Assembly: GCF_009834535.1 (NCBI RefSeq)
Contig: NC_045707.1
Coordinates: 46,936,001-47,000,000, forward strand
Source of the DNA: Camelus ferus
Taxonomy: Eukaryota
DNA length: 64,000 nucleotides
Reading direction: 5' to 3'
In this document: in pieces, positions 39,518-52,300 of the stretch
Position numbering within the stretch: position 1 is the stretch's first letter
How the letters are laid out: each line of letters starts with the position of its first letter
Made by a program: the position numbers and the translations under genes
The notes under the pieces: generated by a model
Databases searched by the model: none
Told to the model about the DNA's origin: nothing
The model's input: only the letters and a program-made list of their open reading frames with translations

Positions 39518-40660
39518 GATGACACGAAAAGCAGAAGCAACAAAAACAATACACAAACGAGACTATCACAGACTTAAAAACTTCTACGCAGTAAGAGAAA
39601 CAATCAAAAGAATGAAAAGGCAACCTATGGAATGGGAGAAAATACTTGCAAGCCATTTATCTGATAGGGAGTTAATATCCAGAATAGATAAAGAACCCCT
39701 GAAACTCAACAACTAAATAAACAAATAGCCCAGTTTTTTAAATGAGCGAAGGACTTGAACAGACATTTCTTCAAAGAAGATGCACAGATGTCCAACAAGC
39801 ATATGACAAGATGCTCAAGGTCACTAATAATGAAGAAAATGCAGATCAAAACCACAATGAGATACCACCTCACAATAGATGGCAACTATCCAAAACACAG
39901 AAAATAACAAGTGCTACTTTGCTGTACACCAGAAACTAACACAATATTGTAAATCAACTATACTTCAAGAAAAAATTTAAAAAAAAAAACAGCAAGTGCT
40001 GACAGGGATGTGGAGAAATTAGAACCATTGTGTACCGTTGGTGGGAATGTAAAATGATTCAGGTGTTACGGAAAACAGTATGCAAGTTTCTCAAAAAATT
40101 AAAAATAGAACTGCCATATGATCCAGCAATCCCACTTCTGGGTGTACATCCAAAAGAATCGAAAACAGGATCTCAAAGAGATACGTGCACACCCATGTTC
40201 ATTGCAGCACTATTCACAATAGCCCAGAAGTGGAAGCAACCCAAATGTCAATTGGCAGATGAATGGATAAACAAAATGTGATATTTACATACAATGTCAT
40301 ATTATTCAGCCGTAAAAAAGAAGGAAATCCTGTCATACACTACAATGTAGATGAACTTTGAGGACAATATGCTAAGTGACATAAGCCATTCCCAGAACAG
40401 AATACCGTATAAGTCCACTTAACTAATATATCTAAAATAGTCAAACTCGTAGAAACTACCAAGGGCTGCTGGGGAGCGGAGCATGGGGAGCTGTTGTTCA
40501 ATGGGTACAGAGTTTCAGTTTTGCAAGATGAAAAAGTTCTAGACATCTGTTGCACAACAACGTGCATAGAGTTAACACTACTGTACTGTATACCTAAAAA
40601 TGCATAAGATAGTAAATTTTATGCTACATGATTTTTACTACAATGATCATTTTTAAAAAG
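39518..40660 (+). mobile_element. LINE-1 (L1MA/MB-type) ORF2 3' part and 3' UTR, with a nested ~70-bp younger L1 tail at 39916-39985
   Basis: ORF-track pieces RETIKRMKRQPMEWEKILASHLSDRELISRI and KLKIELPYDPAIPLLGVHPKE...CTPMFIAALFTIAQKWKQPKC are L1 ORF2 C-terminus. Confidence 0.9.
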
Positions 40661-41881
40661 CATGATCCATGAAAAAAATCTGGTAAGTTGGACTTCACTA
40701 AAGTTAAAGCTTTTTGTTACACAAAGTTGAAACTTAAAAAAAGAGCAAGTGAAACTATCTATAATGAAAGAAGTAATTCATGTATACCACAGTGTAACAG
40801 TGCCTGGCATATAAGAAGCTCCAATAAATAATGATTGTGTTATTTTGTTACTGGCAAGGTTCATCCTGCAGTGATGAGACAATTTCCCAGGTCAGAACAA
40901 CACTTTCCTGAAGCTATTAAAATGTAGTCTGGGTGTTTCTTTAAAATGGTGTTCAAAAGCTCAATTTTCAGGCATCTAAACTAGAGAATATTCTTTCAAA
41001 TGTACATGAGATATTTATAAGAAAGTGTATTACATTATTGATTCATAGCACCTCCAGAAAGAGTGGGGGAATAACCCATCTACGTGTGAATAACTCTCAA
41101 AAACACATGCTTACATAAAGCTGGCAAACTTCAGAAGAACGCTATATAGATAACAATTCTGCATCTACATACTCACCTCTGCAGTAAGCGTACCAAAATA
41201 CAGATGGCGACACTCATCAGTTTCATAGATACTACTCTCGGACAAGGAAAAAATAAAGGGATGAAGAATGAAAATTAAACTGTATTGCATTTTATTTCTA
41301 AAAAATAAAACAAAACAAAAAAAGAAGAGTGAGAGGGAGATATCTAAAACAAAGATTACTTGTATTACATTTGAGTAATGAATACACATAAGTTTGTTAT
41401 AGTATTTTCTGTTTCATATATCTTTAATATGTTTCCTAATTAGGGTGTTAATATTAATTTTCACATGCATTTTTATTATTCAGTAAAACTCAAATGTCAT
41501 CCTTCTTGAAAGCCTTTCTGGAATCCTCCGGAAGTCTCAGTCCCTGGGTCCCCACAGCACCTAGTTCAGTCTCCTATTGTCAGTGATTTGTTTACAGCTC
41601 AGGTGTAAACTGTTAGATTCCCAGTTGCAGGGACTGATGCATACTCACCTTCATATCCTACTTAAAGCTGAAGGCCAGAGTGGCTACATTAGTATATGTT
41701 TAATCAGTACTTACACCATAACGTGATGAAGCCAAATTGCATATTCTATCATTGCTAATGAAGTGTGAAAAAGCTGCTAATGAAAGTGAGGGAAGAAGTT
41801 ATTACAAAGAAATATATAATCATGGGACAAGACACCTGAGAAATCCAATTTATCAAATCCTCAGACACCTAGATCTCAGTT

Positions 41882-42240
41882 TGTCTTAGCCCAGGCTGCC
41901 ATAACAAAATACCAGAGACTTGGGGGCCTTAAACACATTTATTCCTCACAGTTCGGGAGCCTGGGAAGTCCAAGATCAAGGTGCTGGCCAATTTGATTCC
42001 TGGTGAGAGCGATCCTACTGGCCACCTTTTCTTTGTGTCTTCACGTGACAGAGACAGAGTTCTGGTGTCTCTTCCTCTTATTATAAGGGCACTAATCCCG
42101 TCATGAGGACCCACTTTCACGACCCAGCCAAACCCAAAGGCCCCTTCTCCAAACACCATACCACTGGAGGTTAGGGCTTCAACATACGAATTTGGGGTAG
42201 GGGCGTGGAGGAGGGACACACAAACATTCAGTCCATAACC
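41882..42240 (-). mobile_element. MaLR LTR (MLT1A-like)
   Basis: tgtcttagcccaggctgccataacaaaatacc...gtccaagatcaaggtgctggc...aaacattcagtccataac. Confidence 0.85.
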
Positions 42241-43669
42241 TCCTCCAAACTCAATCCTCCACCTGTCAACATTGTTACAAAGTGAGCGGCCAAGGCTGTG
42301 GCTCTGGGGACTACTACCCATACTCAGAGACTCACATCCAGGTGAGGCAGGGAGAGGACAGTGGTGGCAGAATCATGGCTTTTTTCTCACAAGCACACTG
42401 CTATAATCTCTCCACAGACATGCATACCAGTGAGTTTTAACAACTATTTTAACACCTGACGCTTCGTGATTTGCTTCATAATTCTCATCAGCTTATCATT
42501 GATTGCTCTCATGTCTAGATGATGGAGGAAAATTTTGCAATTACAGAATTTCATAATCAATTACACAGCCTTTGAATGGTCCACATCTCCTTCATGTAAA
42601 AATCATTTCAATATTCAGTTACTGAAAAATCTCAGTAAAGCCAAGAAAGAATGATTTGATGCATTCATTCCCTATGGTTAAAAAAAAGCAGAAACTATTA
42701 GATTTAGATAAATTATTATAAAAATCAATTTAATAGTATTAGAAATCACTATAAAATTATAAAGAGCATTACAAATTGACATAACTGTTTTCACATGAAG
42801 GTTAGTTATGTTAATGTAACCAGGTAGTTGGTTATTGATAGACCAAAGGGTGCATAATTATTCATTATCTTGGAGACGATGCTGTACATTACTGTGGTGA
42901 TGGACATCATTAACCATATAAAAAGGACGCCTGATTCATTTATTTAAGGCTCCATAGAAGGCAGTTCTTAACTTCTGTCCCTAAATTTAAAAAGAAAAAT
43001 CCCTTTTTATTTTTAACCATGAAATTGAAAAACTGAGCACTTTTCTCATTCTAGGTCCTGGGTTTGTAAGAAAAACTTCCAAGCTTCCCATTGTCAAAAG
43101 AAGTTTGCAGTAGTTCCCCCTACTCACAAACACTTATTCAGTTCCCATAAACCTCACCAGATGGGCAATGTTGTTGCATTAAACCAATATAGTTTGAGGG
43201 CATTTGGGAAAGGCTACCCAGCCCCAAGACTGAAAAGCCAAAGCCATCCTTAGAGACTCATTCTTTCAGGGGTATATAAGAAGCAAAGTTATGTCTCTAC
43301 TCTTCCTGTATTCCTTTTTAAAAATGTTAACAGCAACTATTGAGCACAGTGGTAAATATGTTTGGAGTTGGCTGACAAGTATCACTTTTCTGGAAATGGC
43401 GCCTTTCCCTCCACAGATATCACATATGGATGGGTTCAGGGATCAGCACCCAATAGCAGCTGGACTTCACTCAATTCTCTCAAAGGAATTTGAAAGATGA
43501 AATAAGTGTTTTTAGTTGCCGTCAAGCTGTTTTCTTGAATGGAAGAGAGGTCACCCTGGTTGATTTTGTTGGTGACCATTTTCTACCAGGAAGAATAAGG
43601 CAGAGCAGCCTGGTGTGCAGCACGGGAGATAAATGATGCAGGGGTGGGGGAAGCAGACTCAAGATATGG

Positions 43670-44095
43670 TGAGTTAGGGTAGGCTAGCTTCTCTCAGAAA
43701 CAATCCCAAATCTCAGTGGCTTAACGCAATACAAGTTGGTTTCTTGCTCACACAAAGTCCATCACTAATATTTCTGGCTGGACAGCTTTCCTGTGACTCA
43801 GGGACCCAGGATCCTTTCATCTCATCTCCTGTCTCCACAGGCTGGTGGTTTCAAGATCCCCAGGGAATCATCCTATCCCATCCCAGTACTGAAGAGAGGG
43901 AACATAAAAAAATCACATGGGACATTTTGTAGCCAGGCCAAGAAAAGGCAATGGACTTTGCACAGTCCATTGGCAGGACTCAGTCACATAATTTCCACCT
44001 GGATGCAAGGAGGGCTAGGAAATATAACTTCACCACGTGTCTAAGAAGGTGAACAGAAACAGATACCTGTGAACACTAGAAGGATTTGCTGTATG
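43670..44095 (-). mobile_element. Old MaLR LTR (MLT1J-like)
   Basis: gagttagggtaggctagc...aaacaatcccaaatctcagtggcttaacgcaatacaag...tccattggcaggactcagtcacat. Confidence 0.65.
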
Positions 44096-44239
44096 TGGAG
44101 AAAAAGAATCTCTTGGTTTCCAAAAGCCCCTCAATCTTGCCTCATATGAGACTTGGTTGGTCAAACTCAATATCCTTACTCAAGCTAGCTCAAGTACATT
44201 TCTACTATTTGCAACCCAAGGAAAAGACTAACAAATAAT

Positions 44240-44700
44240 CAGAATATTTTTCAGATTATAAAGTATTTTGACTACTCACAATGACACTTAATTTTTACAT
44301 CAAGCCTGTAAAATCGATGTTACTATTATTTTCATTTTGTTGATGAAGAAACAGAATTTCAGGATGTAAGGGTAATCTGGCTGCAAAATCTGTCACCCCA
44401 TTGATCGCCAGGGTTGATTGGGCTGATCTGACTGGCTAGGCAGGTGTGCCATCCTCCCTCACTGCTCCATGTGTGTCCCTCCTGAGGCTGTGTGCTCGGT
44501 CAAAGAGGATGACCTTCCCCAATAGAGGAGGACCGTTCTTTGGTCAAGGTACATGAACAGCTGCGATTCCCCTGCCAGAACCTCCAAACAAGCTCTCAAG
44601 AAACAAAATTTCAGAGAAACTACATCATTTGCCCAAGACCCATAGCAACAATTACAGCCAGGGCTGGAATTAACTCCTTCAGACTTCATAGTGCATAAGA
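44240..44700 (-). mobile_element. MIR SINE split by the 7SK retrocopy
   Basis: Removing the insert and one TSD restores attattttcattttgttgatgaagaaacagaatttcagagaaactacatcatttgcccaagacc, which resembles the MIR core. Confidence 0.7.
44362..44600 (+). pseudogene. RN7SKP: 7SK snRNA retropseudogene (about nt 1-240 of 7SK, 3'-truncated, no poly-A)
   Basis: Starts GGATGTAAGGGTAATCTGGCTGC...CTGTCACCCCATTGATCGCCAGGGTTGATT and ends GAACCTCCAAACAAGCTCTCAAG, colinear with 7SK. Many differences are CpG>TpG/CpA. TSD aagaaacagaatttca (44346-44361) / aagaaacaaaatttca (44598-44613). Confidence 0.93.
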
Positions 44701-46750
44701 ACCTCCCGGCTGAGGAAATTACACTTCCCAACCCCTTACTGTAAGAGGTTTTATCAGATGACTTGTGCTCTGGAGGAAGAGCAGATGAGAGCAAAAAACC
44801 ACCAGCTCTCAGGAGGAAAGGTGAATGGAAATGTAATGGAGTGTGTGGAGGGAGAGGAAAGTCCAGCCACATCAGACACTGCCTCTACTTCCCAATTTTG
44901 CAGAGGCTGAACTTGGAATTCAGAAAGAAAACCTGATCAAAGCCAAAAGGGTAGGAATCCTTGCTCTATGGAGGCCTGCATTTTGTATTTGACATTGAAA
45001 CTCTCCAGACTAGGACACAAAAAAACTTATAGAAAACCCTGAAGGAAAGGAAGACAAATGGCAAAGATCTTGAGTCAGGGTACCAAGATGAAAGGCATTG
45101 GGTTCCCCCAGGCTGGGCGGGAAGAACAAGGATGGGGAGTTGTTAAGCCACCTTTGTGCACAATAAATGATAAGATAGCTCCGGAACGACAGCAAACAGC
45201 TGCTCGATTTCCTCACAGCTAACAGCTGCTGCCTCTGCTGGGCTTTCTCTACCACCAGCTCTCTTGACATCCAGCTTCACCGAATTGACGATCAAGGCTC
45301 TCCGGGGTGGCAGTGAAGCCTTTGCCAGAGGAAAGGTCTTTGAATGTTGCTGGAGTGAGAGGAAAATGCCAGGTAGGAACAACCTTGACAAAATGAAGGT
45401 AACAGAAAACGCTCAAAGCTAACTGGTAAGAGGTTGTGGATCGATCTCCTAATACAGTGGTTCTCACATGTCTTTGTAGAGATTTTCTCTGGTTCCAGGC
45501 AAAATGAGAAAAAAGTCAATGTAGTGAGGTTTTTTTTTTTAATGCATTCCACTTAAAAGACTGTCATTTATTGCAAGATGACTTCCTTGCTTGCTTTGAT
45601 GTTAAAATGGCCTTCTATGAAATGATAATGATAGAAAATGGTATTCTTTTTTTTTTCTTTCAAATATATACTCCTGGCAAAATAAAATGTTGGCAACATG
45701 ATTTCAGTCCTCATTTTTTTTGTTGTTTTCTTCCTCATTCGTCCGTGAAATTGAGAAGTCTGGTAACCATTCAAAAGTCCAAAGCTCTTTAAGAATCACT
45801 CACAAAGAAATTTAAAAAAAGAAGGAGAAAACTTAGAAAACACCCACCCATATCAGAACGATGAATCACACAGATTTCAAGGACAAATCAATGCTTAGAA
45901 GTGAAATAAATAATAGTGTCTTTGAGGAAAATCATAATACCAAACAGAAAAGTATTAACTAGCCAATTTCTATCAGCCTTAGGAATCTGAATCCCCAGTG
46001 CCTCTAAAAGACATGTGACAAAGGGAAGAGATGGCCCAACCAAGCCTTGACCGTTACTCACATTCAGCTCTTAAGATGGGAAACACAACTGACATGAAAA
46101 ACTAGGGGCTATTAAAATTTTCAGAATGGATTGCAAAATACTAGCCAGAGCCAGTTGCAAAGATTTTGACAACAGAATGACTCCCAGTTTTCACAAGGGT
46201 AGTTAGAAGGGTTAACAAAGCAGCTGTTTTGCAAAAGCATGAAAGAAAAATGAAAGAACAAGAGGAACAAACAGTGCAAATTTGCCATGTAGCTCTTGGA
46301 GTAGAAGCTATAAATGTTTCTGCACAAAGGAGACTACCTCTCCCCACCACCTGCTTATACTCTAGGTCTCCAGCATATGACAAAATCAGACAGTTTGGGA
46401 AAGTAAAAGGCTTGAGCTAAAGTGCAGAAGAACAGGGGTGAAACAGTAAGGCATGTTTTCCTTGAATTTCAAATACTCCGTTCACCAATTTAATTGCCAT
46501 TTGGGTTCCTGCTTGCAGCAACTTAAACATAGTTGCAATATAAGGAGAAAAAGAATTGTAAATGAAACAGCAAGCTATTCACATTTTCTGAAAACTAAAG
46601 CATTCATTCTCTCACCCCATGTTTTTAATGTTCCAATGGAAAGGGAAATGATTGAAGAATGTTTGGAGGAAGGAACTTACATTTTATAAATACCTATCAT
46701 AGACCAGACACTGTTTTTGGAACACCCTCTGTATTATCTCATAAACTTCT

Positions 46751-47196
46751 TTTTCTTTTAATATATGGATTTTTGTTTTGTTTTGTTTTTTTATTGAAGT
46801 ATAGTCAGTTTACAACGTTGTGTCAATTTCTGGTGTACCACATAATACTTCAGTCATACACATACATATATATATTCCTTTTTAAATCCTTTTTCATTGT
46901 AGGTTACTACAAGATACTGAATATAGTTCCCAGAAGAAATTTGTTTATCTATTTTATATACAGTAGTTGGATATATATATATATAGTCTGCAAACTTCGA
47001 ACTCTCACTTTATCCCTTCCCACCCCCTTTCCCCAGGTAACCACATATAAATATCATATGCTATTTTTCTTTCTCTTTCTGGCTTACTCCACTTAGCATG
47101 ATAATCTCCAGGCCCATCCGTGTTGCTGCAAATGGTATATATATACCACAACTTCTTTATCCAGTCATCTGGTGGTGGACATTTAGGTTGTTTCAA
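46751..47196 (-). mobile_element. LINE-1 3' end (internally deleted) inserted in a MIR
   Basis: T-rich tail, then ttattgaagtatagtcagtttacaacgttgtg... TSD tatctcataaac(t/a)tct at 46735-46750 and 47197-47212. Confidence 0.88.
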
Positions 47197-47885
47197 TATC
47201 TCATAAACATCTAGCAACAACATTCTGAGGTGTTATGGCCCCATTTTCCAGATGAGAACACTGAGGCTCAGTAACAATAAGATGCTTACGCAAAAGTCAG
47301 TTGGTAAGTGTCAGAGTCAAGCATGTGTTTTGCCACTACTATCAACATCCAATCACTCTCTCTGCCTGGAGGCTAAATGAACGGCTACAGAAACTGAGAT
47401 ACAAACAACCCCTTCTCTCAGAATCCTTCCTCCCACTGTTGCTCCCTTCATCCCTTGAGGTGTCAGTTCCATATGCCTGGGTCTGCCCGACCTACTGCTG
47501 AACTCTCTAACTAGCTCACACTAAAATTAATTTACTTGTCCTTTCTGGTCAGCCCAGAAAGTCACTTCTGTGTGCCAAGCTAAAAGAGAATTTATCTGAC
47601 CAAAAAATATGTAGTTATTTGCTAACAGAAAAGGACAAAAGAACAAGTCCTCTGCAGGGTAGAAATAATGGTCCTGTCCTATTAACAATCTATTTCTGAT
47701 TCTACTGATGGGAATCTCGTGTCAGCAAACAGGAGCTTGGTAGGAATCTGGTGGGGTCTTCCATGTCTACTATCCAAAACGAATTCCTTTTGCAGTAATT
47801 ACCAGTTTAAAAATATGACAGTTTAAAAAACTGTGTATATCCCCTTCTTAGTAGCCACAAAGACATGAAAAGAGAGAGACTTACT

Positions 47886-48319
47886 GTACTGGGTTGATAG
47901 TGACCCCCCACATTGCCCCCCCAAACCTGTGAATATAGCCATATTTAAAAATACAGTCTTTGCCAAGATGAAATCATACTGGATTATTAGATGGTTCCTA
48001 ATTAAATGATTGGTGTCCTTATAGGAAGAAGGAAATTTGGATACAGACACACACAGAGGGAAGGTGGCCACATGCTGATGGAGGTAGAGATTGTAATAAT
48101 GCAGCTCCAAGCCAAGGAACATTTAGGACTACGGGCAATCACCAGAAGCGAGAAAGGGTCAAGGAAGGGCTCTCCGCTAGAGGCTTCGGAGACAGTGTGG
48201 CCCTACCAATACCTTGATTTTGAACTTCCATTCTCCAGACCTGTGAGAGAATAAATTTCTCTTATTTGAAGCCACCCCATTTGTGGTACTTTGTTACAGG
48301 AGCCTGGTAAACTAACACA
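47886..48319 (+). mobile_element. MaLR LTR (MLT1C-like)
   Basis: tgtactgggttgatagtgacccccc...gtccttataggaagaaggaaatttgg...gagagaataaatttctc...ttgtggtactttgttacagg...aactaacaca. Confidence 0.85.
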
Positions 48320-49329
48320 TGTAGCACATTCCTTCAATAAGAGAGTCTTAACTATTGTAAAATGCCTAATTCTGCCCAAATTCATGTTTAATGCAACTCC
48401 AGTCAAATACCTGAAACCCTCCCCCCAATCCTAATCAAAATCTCAACGGAATTGACAGAGGGACAAATTAACAACATGAATCTTCGTAGTATCTGGAGGG
48501 TGTTGGGCTTGGCAAGTGATGAACTCCCAGGCCTGAGTTGGTGGGCCGTGCTCCGAGAAGGCCTCACTGAGCAGAGACCTGAAGGAGGCAAGGAAGGGGG
48601 CCCTGTAATGGATGAGTCCTCCAGGCAGAAGAGCAAAAGCCCAAAGCACAAGGCCCCTAGCAGGGAGTGTTTCTGAAATGCCTCCAGGAACAAGAAGAGG
48701 CTGAAGGGCTGGGGCTGGAGCAGCAGAAGATGAGTTCACAGCAGTCATGAGCCTAGACCCGAGGGGCATGTGCAGCTCTGTGACCTCGGGCGAATGTCCT
48801 GGGGGACGAGGCCGAGTGGGAAGAGGTGTCAATCCAGGAGGCTAGGGAGCTGTGTTCTTTCTCTCTCACAACACCCTGGGTGCATTGTGTGCCTGATGCC
48901 CCTAGAGAAACAGAAAAACGGCGGCACCAGCCCCGCAGTGCCAGGGTTGGCAGGGTAACATGTTGGCAGGCGGCCCTGGACCCAGCCGGGTGAGGAGGAG
49001 AAAACAACAGGTGCAGGTGCACTGGCTGAGTACCAGGTACTCCCTCCTGCCCTCCTGTCCATCCCCAGCAGAGAAAAACTTGGGAAAATCTCAAGTGAAG
49101 GACAGTAGTAGTGGAGGTTCCCTAAGGGACCGGTGACCTGCTCTATGCGTAATGGACAGGGGACAGCAAAGGCTGCTCAAGCCTGTACTATGGGATGGGG
49201 TGTGGGAGCGGGATGGACTCTCCAACCTAAGGGTGGAGCCACACCGCCTCCCCAGACCTGACCCCCTGTAATCCAAGGCCCAAGTTCCCCAGTGCACGCT
49301 GCCAGGCCCTGAAGCCAATGCTCCCAGAG

Positions 49330-52300
49330 GAATATAAACCCAAAGAGAAGAGCATCGCTATAAAATAAAGGTGACAGAAAGAGAAGAAACAATTAATGGA
49401 GTAGATAAATAATGATTGTTAAGTAAGCATAAAAATTTTCAAACAAATGAGAGACAGTATGGCAACATGACATCAGAAATAATAAAGAACCAAGTGGAAA
49501 ACTGGTTACAAGTGATAGTTGAAACATGATTTATGGAAATAACCCAATAAGTGAGATTAATAACTCAAGAAATATACCTGAAGAAAAAATTACTGGGCTG
49601 AGAAATCAAGTCTGAGGAACTCTGCTGTATCAATACCCAGAAGGGATAATCAAAATTAAAAGACAAGTTGGGTAGACATAGAAATGTCAACATGCATTAT
49701 AATAGGAATCTTAAAAGGAGAAAAAAACTAACAAAAGGGAGGAAATGTTTGAAGGGATGACAGAATTGACAAGGAAATTTTTTTTCAGCTTGAAAGTCCT
49801 TAGAGACAGCCAAACAAGATGAAAGGAAAAACAAAACCTAGATGCCTTATGTTGAAATTTATAACCAGCTGAAGTATCATTTCTATGTGAGTGTGCATAA
49901 AAAAAGAAAAAAGATTCAAAAGGTTTATCATATGAAGACCCTTTCTGAAGAAACTCTTGAAAGTAGAGAAGTGCATATAGAAGGATGCTACAAGATAAAG
50001 GAAAGTAAATTACTTAGAAATATTTGCTGTCGAAATGTTGCAGAAAAAATGCGTTACAGCTTCAGATAAGTGAGGACTGGAAGAGTCATTCAGTGTTATA
50101 GCTCAGTATTACAGCTCCGTGTTACAGCTCAGTTGTGACAGCAACCTGGATCCGGGCGAGAGACCAAGCAGCACTTGGAGAGTTGGAGAACTCAAGTTTA
50201 TTACGCCAGCGGGCCCAAAGGAGTTAACACTCCAAGCTCTGGACACCGTCTGTAGGTTTACATAGGCTTTTATAGGCTGCCAGTTTACAGTTTGCAACAT
50301 TATGTGCAAATAAGGTATAACAAAAGTTGACTAATTAGGAACAAGCTTTGTAGAAATGGACCAATCAGGAGTGAGCTCCATGCAAATGAATTACTACAAA
50401 TGGACCAATCAGGAGTGAAGGAAATAATCAACCAGGAGTGAGCTCAGGGAACCAATAGAATTTTAGGGGTAAGTAAGCCGTTTCAGAAGCGGAAAGCAAG
50501 ATAATGCCTCTGGGCCAGGGAACCGGGTGGTGCTGGCAGGAGAGTAGTGGCCCTGCCTGGGGGTCCTGCCATCTTTTTTATGGGGCTTCCCACCTCAAGC
50601 CAAAATGGAATTCAAGACCAAAAAGCACAGGAAATAATGAAGAACAATTTGCATTAGAAAAAGGAACCAAGTTCAATAAAACATAATGACTGCGAACATC
50701 TCCCCAGTAAATAAAACAACAGCTGGCAGAACTATGGGGAGAAACAGAAGGTAAGATTGTTGCTGGATGTCTCACATGTCCTTGGCAGAAACTGTTAGGT
50801 TGAGCAGACCAAAAAACCCCAAAAAACTACACACACACACAAATGTATGGATTATTTGAAAAACCAAATAATAAACTTAAACATGGAACAAGCAGATAAT
50901 ACATACTCTTTCCAAGCACACATAGAACACCCACAAAAATCAATCACAAAGGCAACCTTAACAAAGTACAGTTAACACCTTACCAGTCATGTTCTAACAA
51001 AACTAGAAATCAATAACAAAAGGATATTAAAAATTATTCTTTGCATCTAAGAACTGAAATATATTCTACTAAAGTTATGCTTGGGTTAAAGCAGAAGTTA
51101 TAAGGAGCATTAAAACAGGCTTAGAATAAAAAACATTGGAAATGCTATGTGAAAGAAATTGTGAAATACAATTAAAGTAGTACCAAGAAGAGTTTATAGC
51201 TGTAAATACATTTATCAGAAAACAGGTAATTGAAAGAAAATGAGCTAAGCTCTTAATTTGTGGAACTGGAAAAAAAATCAGATAAACCCGGGGAAATATA
51301 AGAGAAATAATAAAGGTAGGATCAGAAATAAAATAGAGAAGATGAATAAACCAATGATGACTTATTTCAAAAGATGAACAAGATAGACACAACTCTAGTG
51401 AGACTGATATAGTAAAAACAGAATGACCTGTTGGATTTCACATTGAATGGACATTTTAAGCACATGCACAATATATATTTTATAAGGATGTGTGTATTAT
51501 TTGAGGACCCATATCAAATATTTTAAGGTAGGTGTCTATGGCGCATAAAAATGGGAGTAGGATCAGTGATTAAAGTAGAAAATGTAAATAAAGAGAAGGG
51601 TCTTGCATGGACGAATGACAAAGTTCCCTGGCATCAGATAAATGAGGACTGAAGAGCCATTCAGTAATTTGTGTGAGAACAATTTGGGGGGAAAATAATA
51701 AAGCTAAAGCAGTAAATGTTCTTAGGTGGATTAAAAAGTTTGATGTTAAAATCTTGATTTTAGGAAGGACTTTAAGTATAAACGCAATGGAAAAAAGAGG
51801 GGAAAAATGGACACTTTGAAATGAAACCTTTAAAAAACAAATGTTTTCTGTCCATCAAAGAGTCATTTAAAAACTAAATACAAAAAACAATAAGAAAGAA
51901 TATTTGCAACAAAAACTACAACAGAAAAATATCCATATTAAATGTTTATGCAAATAAATAAGAAAACATGAAAATAGACCTTATTAAAAGTTGGGCAAAA
52001 CTTTTTTTAAACAATCCACAAAGAAAATACAATTGGCTAATAAACATGAAAAAATATTCAATCTCAGTAGTAATATAAAAATGTAAATTTAAACTGAAAA
52101 TTTCCATCTACCAGATTAGCAGGCTATAACTCTCATACACTCCTCTTGGGAATAGAAACTGGTCTCACTTCCTGGAAAGCAATTTCACATTACATGTCAA
52201 GATACTTTAAAATTTTCATTTATTTTGACTCAGTAATTCCTCTTCTAACCATCTGTCTTTGGGGAAAAAAAGAAAAAAACCCTACACATTCATCAAAATG

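Noticed and set aside
44362..44600. Functional 7SK gene
   Set aside because: Lacks the 3' ~90 nt and terminator, shows CpG decay, has a TSD, and its upstream flank is MIR sequence rather than a PSE/TATA promoter.
45143..45391. Protein-looking 82-aa minus-strand ORF (…ESPAEAAAVSCEEIEQLFAVVPELSYHLL…)
   Set aside because: Non-ATG start, no homologue I recognise and no supporting exon structure. A BLASTP/PhyloCSF check would be needed to revive it.
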